A DNA stretch of 64,000 nucleotides from an uncultured Candidatus Saccharibacteria bacterium (GTDB taxonomy: Bacteria > Patescibacteriota > Doudnabacteria > UBA920 > O2-02-FULL-48-8), in assembly GCA_964605735.1 (NCBI GenBank), contig CAZSDS010000001.1, positions 70,771 to 134,770 of the forward strand. Direction: 5' to 3'. This document shows positions 24,875 to 34,490 of this stretch, piece after piece. Numbering within the stretch: the first letter of the stretch is position 1; each line of letters begins with the position of its first letter. Position numbers and translations under genes: made by a program. The notes under the pieces were generated by a model. The model did no database searches and was not told the DNA's origin. It saw only the letters and a program-made list of their open reading frames with translations.

Positions 24875-26101
24875 ATGGAATTAACCGAGTTAATTGCGGA
24901 AAATATCGTTAATAAATTATCTGCATTGCTTAAAAAGAAGATTACTGTGGGGAACACGAGGGGCGATGTGCTAGCCAGCTCTGACCTTGCGGAAACAGGA
25001 AAGAATTACGAACAGTTGAAAGAATCGGTTGATAAGATGGAAGAGTTGGAAGTAAAAGGACCTGCGGCAAAAACAGTTCTGGGAGATGGGTTAGTGGTCC
25101 CAATAAGCTACAATGGCGATCCAGTAGGCGCGGTGTTCATTGAAGACAAACCCGAAGAGTATAATCACTATCGCCACATATTGTCCACCACAATAGACTT
25201 GCTGATAAACCAGAATATGGTAATCGACAACTTCCCTTACAAGGATAAAATAAAAGATAACTTTGTTTTCGGATTGCTGCACAGAAGGTTGTCGGTGGAG
25301 GACACAAAAGTCCGGGAGGAAGCTGAACTGTTTGACATTAATCTGAGCCGTGATAAGGTTGTGGTCATAATCAACGTTGATGGTTTTTGGGAAAGCAACT
25401 TTGGATCAAACCTGACTGCTTCAGAAGACGAAAAGCAGACCATGCTCTCCGCCTACAAAAAGAAAATATTCCAGGTGTTCAGCCAATTCTTCGGCCGGTT
25501 GTCGGCATGTTCCGTCTCATATTTTGGTTCTGATACGTTTGTTGTCATGGTAGATGAGCTTTACAGCATGGACGGCAAAGAAATGGTTGAAATGATCAGA
25601 CAGCGCACTGACGAGTTCCACCAAATGATTGCTGAACAATTCGAGAAATATAAACGTTTGCTAATCGGCTTGGGGAGTTTCTATCGCGGAAGGGAAGGCG
25701 CTATTCTGGCTTATGAAGAAGCCCGCCGTGCCCTGAACCTGGCCATCAGCATTGGTGATGTCAGGAAAATCTACCACATTGACGACCTCGGCATGATCGC
25801 CACGCTCGCTGGAGGCAATAAAAAATGGCAGGACAATTTTGTTAAGCGCTTGCTCATGAAACTCATAGCAGAGGACTATTTGCTCGAAACCGTGGAAGTG
25901 TTCTTTGATAAAAACATGAGCTTGACCCAAACTTCAAAGGAGCTGAAAATTCACCGCAATACCTTGCTTTACAGGTTGGACAAGATTAAAAAAGTGACTG
26001 GTTTGGATCCGCGCAAGTTCAATGACGCAATGGAGTTGAAAGTTGCCCTTATTCTGAACAAGGTTTTGTACCTTGAAAAAACAATAGCAAAGCAGATTTA
26101 G
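24875..26101 (+). CDS. CdaR/PucR-family transcriptional regulator
   Basis: N-terminal CdaR-type sensor domain and the C-terminal PucR-type HTH SLTQTSKELKIHRNTLLYRLDKIKKVTGLDPRK. Confidence 0.7.
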   Translation: MELTELIAENIVNKLSALLKKKITVGNTRGDVLASSDLAETGKNYEQLKESVDKMEELEVKGPAAKTVLGDGLVVPISYNGDPVGAVFIEDKPEEYNHYRHILSTTIDLLINQNMVIDNFPYKDKIKDNFVFGLLHRRLSVEDTKVREEAELFDINLSRDKVVVIINVDGFWESNFGSNLTASEDEKQTMLSAYKKKIFQVFSQFFGRLSACSVSYFGSDTFVVMVDELYSMDGKEMVEMIRQRTDEFHQMIAEQFEKYKRLLIGLGSFYRGREGAILAYEEARRALNLAISIGDVRKIYHIDDLGMIATLAGGNKKWQDNFVKRLLMKLIAEDYLLETVEVFFDKNMSLTQTSKELKIHRNTLLYRLDKIKKVTGLDPRKFNDAMELKVALILNKVLYLEKTIAKQI

Positions 26102-26209
26102 CGGTTTGTCCATAAAAAAGGCCAGCTATCCGCTATTTCTGGTCAAATTGTCCCATTACCCCCCGGCGGCTATGTAGTATGATTGAAGTGCTATTAATGC
26201 GGAGGTGTA

Positions 26210-26404
26210 ATGGCATTCAAATTTACCGAAATTCCAAAAAGAGCATGGCATTTCTTACGGCGCCCTTTCGGCCCCAGAAATGACATTTTAAGAGAGGGTT
26301 TGGAAGCGGATAACGAGAAAACAACCAGCTATTCTCTTAATTCCGTGGTAAACGACATTAAGAGAAATTGGGTGGATATTAAAAAGTTAAACAAAAAACT
26401 CTAA
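26210..26404 (+). CDS. hypothetical small protein (64 aa)
   Basis: ORF only. Basic, no motif. Confidence 0.25.
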   Translation: MAFKFTEIPKRAWHFLRRPFGPRNDILREGLEADNEKTTSYSLNSVVNDIKRNWVDIKKLNKKL

Positions 26405-26408
26405 ACAT

Positions 26409-26591
26409 ATGTCACTAAATCTATTGGTTGTCTATGAAATTGCTTACAAAGCATCAAAAGTAACAAGCAAAAAAGCCTACAAAGAGTTTGAGAAATGGGT
26501 TGCCGGTGTTTTGGCGACTTACAGGGACGCCGCAATCGAGCGCGCGGCAAAGGTTCATTTGTTTAGATTAAAGGACCAGTTCGCGACTTAA
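26409..26591 (+). CDS. hypothetical small protein (60 aa)
   Basis: ORF only, 4 nt after the previous ORF. Confidence 0.25.
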   Translation: MSLNLLVVYEIAYKASKVTSKKAYKEFEKWVAGVLATYRDAAIERAAKVHLFRLKDQFAT

Positions 26592-26751
26592 GGATATAAA
26601 AACAAAAAAGCGGCAAGCGCAGAGTTTGCCTTGCTGCTTTTAAATTGTTTGGGCTTGAGGCTTGTGGGGTGCTATCGTAATAGATGGCAGCTTACAGTTC
26701 TTGAGACGAACCCACAGGAGGATTGGAGAGTACGTTGTGGAGCAGCTGATG

Positions 26752-27441
26752 GCTACCGACAGTCGCGGCAACATTATGGATGAACCTGCGATCATCCGGA
26801 GGTGTGACCGACTTATAGCAAAAATGTGTGTGGAGTTCCGGGATGTCTGTGTATATGAAGGAAGGAGGCCTTGGGTAATAATCCAGGACGACCACCCTAA
26901 GCGGGTGGCAAAGTACGCAGTGCGGCTTGGCTTCAAAGCAGGTCTTTCTGATCAGGAACTTCTGCGGCTCGCCGTGGCCGCACCCCTGCATGATGCCGGG
27001 AAGGGCCACGAGGAGGTTTCAGGAGTGCATGCCTGGTGGGAAGATAAAAAATTTCCCAAGGGCTACCGTGAAATGTTCAGGGCATTCCATTCCAAGCACG
27101 GGCCTGAGGTGATAGACCATCTCATTGAGAAAAAAGGCGCTGAACTGCCGATTCAATTCGATTCGGTCCTATGCAAGGAGCTCTGCATCCACCATCATGC
27201 AGAGCTTGACCCTGAACACTGCAACCGGCGCATTGAAGTTAGGATCCTGGCGATCTCTGACACTTTCGATGGTCGCATGAGCAAAGGTGAAGCCCAACGT
27301 TCGTATCGCACCCAGGAATACACCATCGAAAAAGCAACCGAAGAAATTTGGATCATGGCCTGCCAAGGCATCCTCGACAAAGCGCTCACCAGACTCTTCA
27401 TTACCGAGTGTCTGATCCTGGAAATGCCCCTAGTCCAGTAG
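26752..27441 (+). CDS. HD-domain phosphohydrolase
   Basis: LHDAGK, CIHHHAE and ISDTFDG are the H…HD…H…D metal-binding motifs. Start uncertain (ORF opens at 26662). Confidence 0.6.
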   Translation, partial: ATDSRGNIMDEPAIIRRCDRLIAKMCVEFRDVCVYEGRRPWVIIQDDHPKRVAKYAVRLGFKAGLSDQELLRLAVAAPLHDAGKGHEEVSGVHAWWEDKKFPKGYREMFRAFHSKHGPEVIDHLIEKKGAELPIQFDSVLCKELCIHHHAELDPEHCNRRIEVRILAISDTFDGRMSKGEAQRSYRTQEYTIEKATEEIWIMACQGILDKALTRLFITECLILEMPLVQ

Positions 27442-27485
27442 CAATCACTTTTAAAAAACCCGCCGGACCATTCCGACGGGATTTT

Positions 27486-28049
27486 TTAATTGCTTGTTTG
27501 GCTTGCCGCTGGTGTTGCGTCTTCGCCTGGCATTTGAATATTTTTGGTGAGTTCCTCAAAGTCAGGAAGATCTTTCATATCCTTCAGCCCTAAATGTTGC
27601 ATGAACTCTAGGGTCGTTTTGTAGTGCTGTACGCGCCGGTCAGTTTGGGATCCGACTTTTTCGATCAGGCCGCGGATAAGCAAGTGTCTGATGGTGTATT
27701 GGGAATTCACGCCGCGGATGTTTTCTATTTCCGCCTTGCTGACTGGCTGTCGGTAGGCAATAACAGCCAAAGTTTCAAGTGCCGCGTCAGACAATTTTTC
27801 CCGTAATTCCAAAGAAAGGAATTTTTTCACAGCCTGGCTGTTGTCCGGGTTGGTGGACAGCTGAAGCTTGTCGTTGTTAGCCAGCAAAATTATGCCGTTG
27901 CTGTGGTTTTCAGAGACAATGGATGCAATCGCGTCCTTAATGGTTTCAGGATCCAAATCCAAGGTTTTTTCCAACTCAGAAATTGACACCGGTTTTCCGG
28001 CAACAAACAATATTGATAAAATTTGCGATTTCAGCGAGGCAGAGTCCAT
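27486..28049 (-). CDS. scpB: segregation and condensation protein B
   Basis: Two winged-helix repeats (ILSILFVAGKPVSISELEKTL…; LETLAVIAYRQPVSKAEIENIRGV). Confidence 0.85.
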   Translation of the reverse strand: MDSASLKSQILSILFVAGKPVSISELEKTLDLDPETIKDAIASIVSENHSNGIILLANNDKLQLSTNPDNSQAVKKFLSLELREKLSDAALETLAVIAYRQPVSKAEIENIRGVNSQYTIRHLLIRGLIEKVGSQTDRRVQHYKTTLEFMQHLGLKDMKDLPDFEELTKNIQMPGEDATPAASQTSN

Positions 28050-28052
28050 AAA

Positions 28053-28754
28053 TTAGGTTTTCTTAATCATAATATCCTGGAACAAACTGTTTTGCTCCAC
28101 AGAAACAATTCTTTGTTTGGTGAGTTCAAGGACTGCAAGAAAGGTCACAACAACCTCAGTTTTGCTTTTTGCCTCCTTGATCAGGGATGAAAGGGAAGTT
28201 TCAACCTTATCAGCTATCAGTTTTTGGATGTGTTCGATTTTCTCGGTTATGGAGACGACTTCCGCCATGACCTGCTGAGGCAATCGGACTATTTCCTTTA
28301 AGTCATTAGCCAGCTTGCGAATGCTGTCTGCCAAGGCTAGCGGCGTAACATCCGGGTCCGGAACAAAAGTTACCTGCTCGTTGAAATCAGGTTCACGGGT
28401 CCAGGATTGCTGTCTGCGGAGATCCAACCGGCGCAAAAATTTTGCCACTTCTTTGAATTTTTTGTACTGGAGCAGTTGTTCTGCCAGGTCATATGCTGAT
28501 TCTTCCTCTTCAATTCCAAATTCTAGGGTGGGCAGAAGCGCTTTGGATTTTATGACGAGCAATTTTGCGGCAATGACCAGGAAGTCAGCCAGGTGGGTGG
28601 GGTCTTTTTCCTGGAGCTGTTTGACATAATCCAAAAACTGCTCCGTGACGCGTGCCAGAGAAACATTGGTTACGTCTAGCTCTTGTCCCTCAATCAGTTG
28701 CAGGAGAAGATCCAGCGGCCCTTCAAATTGTTCAATCTTGACTTTGACGCTCAT
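28053..28754 (-). CDS. scpA: segregation and condensation protein A
   Basis: KIEQFEGPLDLLLQLIEGQELDVTNVSLARVTEQFLDY, the kleisin N-terminal signature. Confidence 0.85.
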   Translation of the reverse strand: MSVKVKIEQFEGPLDLLLQLIEGQELDVTNVSLARVTEQFLDYVKQLQEKDPTHLADFLVIAAKLLVIKSKALLPTLEFGIEEEESAYDLAEQLLQYKKFKEVAKFLRRLDLRRQQSWTREPDFNEQVTFVPDPDVTPLALADSIRKLANDLKEIVRLPQQVMAEVVSITEKIEHIQKLIADKVETSLSSLIKEAKSKTEVVVTFLAVLELTKQRIVSVEQNSLFQDIMIKKT

Positions 28755-29251
28755 TATTTTTTCTTGGCAAAATTGCCGGAAATAGGTTGTTCCAGCTTGA
28801 TGTAATCTTTGGTTAAAAGCTCGATGGACTCAGTATAGGATCCGGCGGGCAGGTTCAGTTTTTTATTCTTAACCAGTTTTTTGTCCATGTAAACCGGCAG
28901 CTTATAAATACTGCCGAAAGGCGCAATCAATCCAATTTTGGTTTTGAGCTTGGATGAGATGTCTTTTTCCTTTGCCATGCTGATTTTTTCGCCGACCAGC
29001 TTGGACAAGGCTTTAAAGTCACAGTTGTTTCCTGCAGGCAGGACTGCCAAATACAAAGACTTTTTGCCTTTGAGCAAAACGGCCTTGGCCACTTCCGAGG
29101 TTTTTAGGTGCTGTGTCTGGGTAGCATCAAATGCAGTATAGACTTTACGGTGTTCAATTATCTTGTGCTTGGTTTTAGTTTCCTTGAGAAGTTTCTCCAG
29201 GCTCTTGAGTATTGGCATTTTGCGGATCAGTCCTTTTTGGTTTGTTTGCAA
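28754..29251 (-). CDS. ybaK: YbaK/ProX-type aminoacyl-tRNA deacylase domain protein
   Basis: Pattern LYLAVLPAG…D.KAL.KL.G.K…MA…GLIAPFG…PVYMD matches the YbaK fold. The 5' end overlaps the next small ORF, so the start may be the internal Met. Confidence 0.5.
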   Translation of the reverse strand: MQTNQKGLIRKMPILKSLEKLLKETKTKHKIIEHRKVYTAFDATQTQHLKTSEVAKAVLLKGKKSLYLAVLPAGNNCDFKALSKLVGEKISMAKEKDISSKLKTKIGLIAPFGSIYKLPVYMDKKLVKNKKLNLPAGSYTESIELLTKDYIKLEQPISGNFAKKK

Positions 29252-29414
29252 AAAAATACAAAATATTGATGCCGGTTACGGCAATCATCAGCACTCGGAC
29301 GGTGTCCCATCTGTCATTGATGTAGGATTCGATCAAAATCACTCCCAACAACACAACGTTGAGCGTAAGGAGGACTGTTCTTATGGTGTTGGCGATTTTC
29401 TGCATCCAGTTCAT
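29175..29414 (-). CDS. small two-TM membrane protein
   Basis: 79 aa. LLTLNVVLLGVILI and VLMIAVTGINILYFF helices. 1-nt junction with aspS upstream. Confidence 0.35.
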   Translation of the reverse strand: MNWMQKIANTIRTVLLTLNVVLLGVILIESYINDRWDTVRVLMIAVTGINILYFFANKPKRTDPQNANTQEPGETSQGN

Positions 29415-30823
29415 TATTTTTTGTCCTTTGGCAGGTCGAGTTTGATGTGAAGTTCTTTCAATTGCTTTTCCGTGGCCGGCGCCGGGCTGTCCATCATCAA
29501 ATCTCTGCCGTCACCGGTTTTTGGGAAGGCAATCACTTCACGGATGTTTGGCTCATTATTGAGCAGTGTTACAAGGCGGTCCAAACCCCAGGCAATGCCG
29601 CCGTGCGGCGGAGCGCCAAATCCGAGCGCCTCAATCATATGTCCGAAGTTTTTGTCGATTCTTTCGTCTTCAAAACCCATGACTCGGAATACTGCTCGCA
29701 AAGCATCCGGCTGGTGGTTTCTGATTGATCCGCCTCCGATTTCAAATCCATTCAGGACAACGTCGTATTGCGTGGTTAAAATTTCAGCAATGTTTTTGCC
29801 ATCCAACAGATCCTGCATGAATTCAGGTTTTGGGGCTGAGAACGGGTTGTGGGTGAAAGTCCATCCGCCTTCATCAGTTTTCTCAAAGAATGGGAAATCA
29901 ATAACCCAGCAGAACGCCAGTACGTTTGGATCGTTTTTGTCTGTCCTGATGTCTGGACGGTCAGTGCCGTATTTTTCCATTGCTTCTTTATATGAGATGC
30001 GCGGGAAAGGGACTTGCTGAATTTTTTTGTCAGGGAAAAGTTTGGTGACGATGTCAATCAACAAATTTTCGTTTATCTGAAGAACATCTTCTTGTTCAAC
30101 AAAACTCATTTCCAAATCCAGCTGGGTAAATTCAGGCTGGCGGTCGCCGCGGGTGTCTTCGTCCCTAAAACAGCGGGCGATCTGAAAATATTTCTCCAGA
30201 CCTGCAACCATCAGCAGCTGTTTATATTGCTGAGGTGATTGCGGCAGGGCGTAGAAATTGCCGGGCTGTAAACGGGCTGGGACTAAATAGTCTCGAGCGC
30301 CTTCCGGAGTGGACTTGGTTAAAATTGGCGTTTCGATCTCAATAAAGTCTTCACTATCCAGGAAATCGCGGATGTGTTTAATGATGCGGTGTCTGGAAAT
30401 GATGTTTTTCTTCAAGCGGTCGCGTCGAAGGTCCAAATAACGGTATTTCATTCGCACGTCTTCGCCGATTTCCATGCCGTCAGTGTCCAAAGCCATAGGC
30501 ACCGGCTCAGATTTGTTAAGCACTTTCAACGCGGTGACTTCCATTTCAACCTTGCCGGTAGGCAGGTTTGGGTTGATCTGTTTTTCGATTCTTGGGTTGA
30601 TCTTGCCTTCCACCTCCAGGACAAATTCGTTTCTGACTTCCTGGGCCGCAGCATGGGCAGATTCTGAGATTTTCGGGTTGATGACCAATTGCAATAATCC
30701 TGTCCTGTCCCTTAGGTCCATGAAAATGAGCTTGCCGTGGTCGCGCCTGACAGCTACCCAGCCTTTAACCAAAACCGTTTCTCCAACCTTGTCTGCGGTG
30801 TCGATAATTCTTAGTCTTTGCAT
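29414..30823 (-). CDS. aspS: aspartyl-tRNA synthetase (short, archaeal/non-discriminating-like form)
   Basis: N-terminal OB fold VLVKGWVAVRRDHGKLIFMDLRD. Class II motifs FRDEDTRGDRQPEFTQLD, GGGSIR and GAPPHGGIAWGLDRLV. No GAD insertion. Confidence 0.9.
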   Translation of the reverse strand: MQRLRIIDTADKVGETVLVKGWVAVRRDHGKLIFMDLRDRTGLLQLVINPKISESAHAAAQEVRNEFVLEVEGKINPRIEKQINPNLPTGKVEMEVTALKVLNKSEPVPMALDTDGMEIGEDVRMKYRYLDLRRDRLKKNIISRHRIIKHIRDFLDSEDFIEIETPILTKSTPEGARDYLVPARLQPGNFYALPQSPQQYKQLLMVAGLEKYFQIARCFRDEDTRGDRQPEFTQLDLEMSFVEQEDVLQINENLLIDIVTKLFPDKKIQQVPFPRISYKEAMEKYGTDRPDIRTDKNDPNVLAFCWVIDFPFFEKTDEGGWTFTHNPFSAPKPEFMQDLLDGKNIAEILTTQYDVVLNGFEIGGGSIRNHQPDALRAVFRVMGFEDERIDKNFGHMIEALGFGAPPHGGIAWGLDRLVTLLNNEPNIREVIAFPKTGDGRDLMMDSPAPATEKQLKELHIKLDLPKDKK

Positions 30824-30970
30824 TTCAATTGCATTAAAAATTCACCAAAATTATACCATAAAATCGGCTTATTAACCAAGCCCGCAAAAAAATGAGCTTG
30901 CCCGTTGCCGATGCCAAAAAATCTTGTGCTATAATTTTTAAGTACCTTACGTAATAACTTTTTGAAATAA

Positions 30971-31552
30971 ATGACTCCAAATAAAATCGTATTCGACCTT
31001 GAAACACAAAAATCCTTTGACGAAGTAGGAGGGCGTGGGCGCAATGACTTGTTAAAAATTTCAGTCCTAGGTCTTTATTCTTACCGGGACGACAAATACT
31101 ATTGCTTTGAGGAGAATGAAATTTACCGCGCAGGTGAAATGTTTCAGGAAGCAGATCAAATAATCGGATTTAACATAAAAGGTTTTGACTTTGAAGTTCT
31201 GCGCCCTTACGTGAACTTTGACGTGCATCAACTGCCGTATTTGGACATTTTGGAGGAAGTGGTGAAAATTATAGGACACAGAATCAAACTGGAAAACCTG
31301 GCACAATCTAACTTGGGGGCTGGCAAGAGCGGTGATGGTCTGGAAGCCATCAGGATGTACAAACAAGGCCGCATGGATGAGTTGAAAAAATATTGCACCC
31401 AAGACGTGAAAGTCACCAAGGAAATTTACGACTATGTCATGAAATACGGCAAGCTTTTATACAAAGATTATTTTGAAACCCGTGAAATAAAAATTTCCTT
31501 CCCGGAACCTGCCATCAAAAAACCGGCAGCACGTCAGATTTCACTTTTCTAG
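30971..31552 (+). CDS. DEDDy-type 3'-5' exonuclease (RNase H-like fold)
   Basis: Exo I VFDLETQ, Exo II GFNIKGFDFEVL, Exo III YCTQDVKVTKEIYDY. Confidence 0.55.
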   Translation: MTPNKIVFDLETQKSFDEVGGRGRNDLLKISVLGLYSYRDDKYYCFEENEIYRAGEMFQEADQIIGFNIKGFDFEVLRPYVNFDVHQLPYLDILEEVVKIIGHRIKLENLAQSNLGAGKSGDGLEAIRMYKQGRMDELKKYCTQDVKVTKEIYDYVMKYGKLLYKDYFETREIKISFPEPAIKKPAARQISLF

Positions 31553-31553
31553 C

Positions 31554-32372
31554 ATGAAAAAGCTTTTGGTGGCGGCGGCCGGAGCAGGCTTGGCTGCCGC
31601 TTTAATTTATTACTTCTTTATGCCGGTTTTTGCCGGCGAGATTATTCTGGAACCTTACTTGCAAGCAGGCGGATTCAGGCTGCACTATTATGGCTTGATC
31701 CTGGGCGCGGCCATAATGTCGGCGTACTTTGTTTCCGCGGCAAATTCATGGCGCTTTGGCATAGCCAAAGACGAGGTGGATAAATTTGCATTTTGGTTGG
31801 TTTTGGTTTCGTTCATTTTCGCCCGTATAGCTTTTGTGCTGGTGGAAATTGAAAAATATGAAAACCCAGTAGACGCGCTGAGGGTTCAGGATGGCGGGTT
31901 GTCCATTTTCGGCGCCATCATTGGAGCGGTGTTGTTTACATATTTTTACGCCAGGAAAAAAGCTTTCACGTATTGGCAGTTATTAGACGTTATTGCATTA
32001 GGTTTGCCCTTGGCTCAAGCAATCGGCCGCTTTGGGAATTTCGTTAATTACGAAATTTACGGGCAAGTCACAAACCTGCCCTGGAAAATGTATGTGCCGG
32101 AAACCGGTCAGTTTCATCATCCGGCATTCCTCTATGAATCCATATTCAATGTCTGCTTGTTCGCTGTTCTGTATAAGTATCGCGGCAAGCTCAAACCTGG
32201 AGTTTTGGCGTTAATTTATCTGGCATCATATTCCTCAGCCCGATTTTTGCTTGAGCAAATCAGGGTTGATGTCTTTGAAGTCGCAGGCTGGCAAATAAAC
32301 GAATTGGTTTCCCCAATACTGTTTTTGACCGCCGCAATTTTGCTGTTTTACCGCCTACGAAACAAAAGTTGA
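31554..32372 (+). CDS. lgt: prolipoprotein diacylglyceryl transferase
   Basis: GGLSIFGAIIG and the Lgt signature GRFGNFVNYEIYG. Confidence 0.85.
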   Translation: MKKLLVAAAGAGLAAALIYYFFMPVFAGEIILEPYLQAGGFRLHYYGLILGAAIMSAYFVSAANSWRFGIAKDEVDKFAFWLVLVSFIFARIAFVLVEIEKYENPVDALRVQDGGLSIFGAIIGAVLFTYFYARKKAFTYWQLLDVIALGLPLAQAIGRFGNFVNYEIYGQVTNLPWKMYVPETGQFHHPAFLYESIFNVCLFAVLYKYRGKLKPGVLALIYLASYSSARFLLEQIRVDVFEVAGWQINELVSPILFLTAAILLFYRLRNKS

Positions 32373-32418
32373 AAATTTGGGGAAAATGGCTGAAATATGG
32401 TATGATTAAACCTGCAAT

Positions 32419-33138
32419 ATGTTTAATCGTATATCGTCATTGATTCTGGCCATTGCCATGTTTATGGTGTTTCTAGGCAGTGTTCAGAGCGTCAATGATT
32501 TTTACATCTTTATTACGTCGCTTGTTCTGCTCCTGATTGGCGTAACCATCATCAATATCAAAAGATTGGGTTTTTCGTGGCCTCATATTTTGCTCCCAGT
32601 GATTTATGTGGTGGGTGCAGGCAGTATCTTCGCGGTCATAACCAATCCAAACCTCCGCTCGATTTTTTTGTTTTTTGCCGCGTTGATTCTGTATTTAATG
32701 GAAGTTCAGCTGGGCCGGGAAAGCCATTTTCTGCAAAATGTCTATCTGTTTTCCGTATTCGCCTGGTTTTTGGGTTTGTTCGCGGTAATTTTTTACCTTG
32801 ATATTCCGACTTTTTGGGCAGTGCTTGCCGGTTTTGTGTGTTCGTATATTCTGATAATCCAGGGTTTTGCCGGTTTTTCCCTCCCAGCCAAGAAATATTT
32901 TAATTTTTTGGTGGCGCTGGTGAGCGCGCAAGTGGTTTGGGGCCTGCTTTTCTGGCCAACCCATTATCTGGTGAATGCCGTGGTCATGTTCTGCTTGTTC
33001 TACTTGCTTTGGATTTTCTCTTTCTCGGCTTTCTTCGGAAAACTAAGCGTCAAAAAAATTTATTGGCAGGTTGTGCTCGTGGTGCTGGTGCTCATTGTTA
33101 CATTGGCCACAGCAGCCTGGCAGCCGCTTTACACATAA
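32419..33138 (+). CDS. polytopic membrane protein, hypothetical
   Basis: 239 aa, about 7 TM helices. Confidence 0.45.
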   Translation: MFNRISSLILAIAMFMVFLGSVQSVNDFYIFITSLVLLLIGVTIINIKRLGFSWPHILLPVIYVVGAGSIFAVITNPNLRSIFLFFAALILYLMEVQLGRESHFLQNVYLFSVFAWFLGLFAVIFYLDIPTFWAVLAGFVCSYILIIQGFAGFSLPAKKYFNFLVALVSAQVVWGLLFWPTHYLVNAVVMFCLFYLLWIFSFSAFFGKLSVKKIYWQVVLVVLVLIVTLATAAWQPLYT

Positions 33139-33142
33139 ATTT

Positions 33143-33433
33143 ATGAAAAAGATTGATTGGAGCAAATATACCGCATTTCAGCAGAAGGTTTACAAAACCA
33201 TCTGTAAAATTCCTGCGGGAAAAGTTTGGACGTATCGCGAGGTCGCCAAAAAAATGGGCAACGTGAACTGGGCACGGGCAGTTGGCCAGGCTTTGTCCAG
33301 GAATCAGGACGCGCCACATATCCCTTGCCATAGAGTTGTGGCCAGTAACGGGCTGGGCGGGTATTCCGCGCCCGGCGGTTTGAAGGCAAAAATTAAACTG
33401 CTTCGCAAAGAAGGTTATTCGTTAAGCAAATAA
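33143..33433 (+). CDS. minimal MGMT/Ogt-type methylated-DNA-protein-cysteine methyltransferase (DNA-binding/active-site domain only)
   Basis: PCHRVV active-site motif and the preceding wHTH (TYREVAKKMG). 96 aa from MKKIDW (ORF opens at 33071). Confidence 0.65.
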   Translation: MKKIDWSKYTAFQQKVYKTICKIPAGKVWTYREVAKKMGNVNWARAVGQALSRNQDAPHIPCHRVVASNGLGGYSAPGGLKAKIKLLRKEGYSLSK

Positions 33434-33434
33434 T

Positions 33435-34490
33435 ATGAAACGTCCAATAATTTGGTTTATTATAATCGCATTTTTTATCGGCGCGGCTGGAAGCGTATTC
33501 TTTAACCGCGTGGTTTTTCCCAAGCTATCTACGGTTCAGGGTTTTGGCTGGGTTTCAAAACTGCAGTCGAGCACGCCGTTGGTCATAAGCAGGCGCGAGG
33601 AAGTCAGGCTGAATGAAGGGGTGAACCTGATAGAGCTGACAAAGCAGGCTCAGACGATTGTTGTTTCCGTTTTTCATCCCACAAACCAGAGCTTTTTGGG
33701 AAACGGTTTGATCGTGACCTCTGATGGGGTCATCTTTACCACCAGAGATGTGGTTGGAGCCAATGCCGAGGTCCTGGTTCAAGTCAATGACGGGACTGTT
33801 TACCCTGGACTGGTTCGCGCCATGGACCCAAAAAGCCCTTTGGCGGTGGTAACTGTTACGGCGCAAAACCTGCCGGTCGCCCAATTTTCTGACGCAGGGA
33901 ACATGCAGACTGCACAGCGTGTCTTTTCTTTGGGCAGGACAAACATGCAGTTTACCAGGGAGTTTGTTTCAGGTCTGGTAACCAAAACTCTCGCCAACAA
34001 CACTGAAGCGGGAAAAATCCTCAGTACCGAAGTTTTTGAGAATACCATCATCACGGACGCTGACCTGGACGCAGGATACGTAGGCGGGCCAGTGGTAAAC
34101 CTGCAAGGGCTGATTGTCGGTATGGTTGCTGACGGCAACGGCTTGATTTTGCCTGCCGAAGCCATTGACGGGGCAGTCAGGACATATCTTGAAGCAGGAA
34201 AGATTTCTAGGCCGTTCTACGGCATGGCTTATACAATGATCACCAAGAATAACGCCAAGGTCCGCGGCATCCCTAACGGCGGTGCATTGATCAACCAAAT
34301 CGCCGCCAACAGTCCGGCTGCGCGTTCCGGTCTGCAGGTCAATGATCTGGTGCTTGAAATCAACGGACAGAAAGTGGAAGACAGTTCATTTGAACAGCTG
34401 TTAGTGGCGCAGGGCGGGAATGAATCGCGTCTGCTGGTCCGCCGCGGCGAAGAGCAAATTGAAATAACATTAACTCCCGAGGTAAGATGA
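33435..34490 (+). CDS. HtrA/DegP-like protein with PDZ domain; catalytic His and Ser substituted (probable pseudo-protease)
   Basis: N-terminal TM helix. GNGLIVTSDGVIFTTRDVV has Asp where HtrA has the catalytic His (TNNHVV). GYVGGPVVN has Val in place of the GNSGGP Ser. PDZ domain LINQIAANSPAARSGLQVNDLVLEINGQKV. Confidence 0.6.
   Translation: MKRPIIWFIIIAFFIGAAGSVFFNRVVFPKLSTVQGFGWVSKLQSSTPLVISRREEVRLNEGVNLIELTKQAQTIVVSVFHPTNQSFLGNGLIVTSDGVIFTTRDVVGANAEVLVQVNDGTVYPGLVRAMDPKSPLAVVTVTAQNLPVAQFSDAGNMQTAQRVFSLGRTNMQFTREFVSGLVTKTLANNTEAGKILSTEVFENTIITDADLDAGYVGGPVVNLQGLIVGMVADGNGLILPAEAIDGAVRTYLEAGKISRPFYGMAYTMITKNNAKVRGIPNGGALINQIAANSPAARSGLQVNDLVLEINGQKVEDSSFEQLLVAQGGNESRLLVRRGEEQIEITLTPEVR

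Noticed and set aside
29175-29251. 77-nt overlap between the YbaK-like gene start and the 3' end of the small membrane ORF.
   Set aside because: It is probably resolved by using the internal Met (MPILKSL…) of the YbaK-like gene, or by the small ORF being non-coding. This is not evidence of a programmed frameshift.
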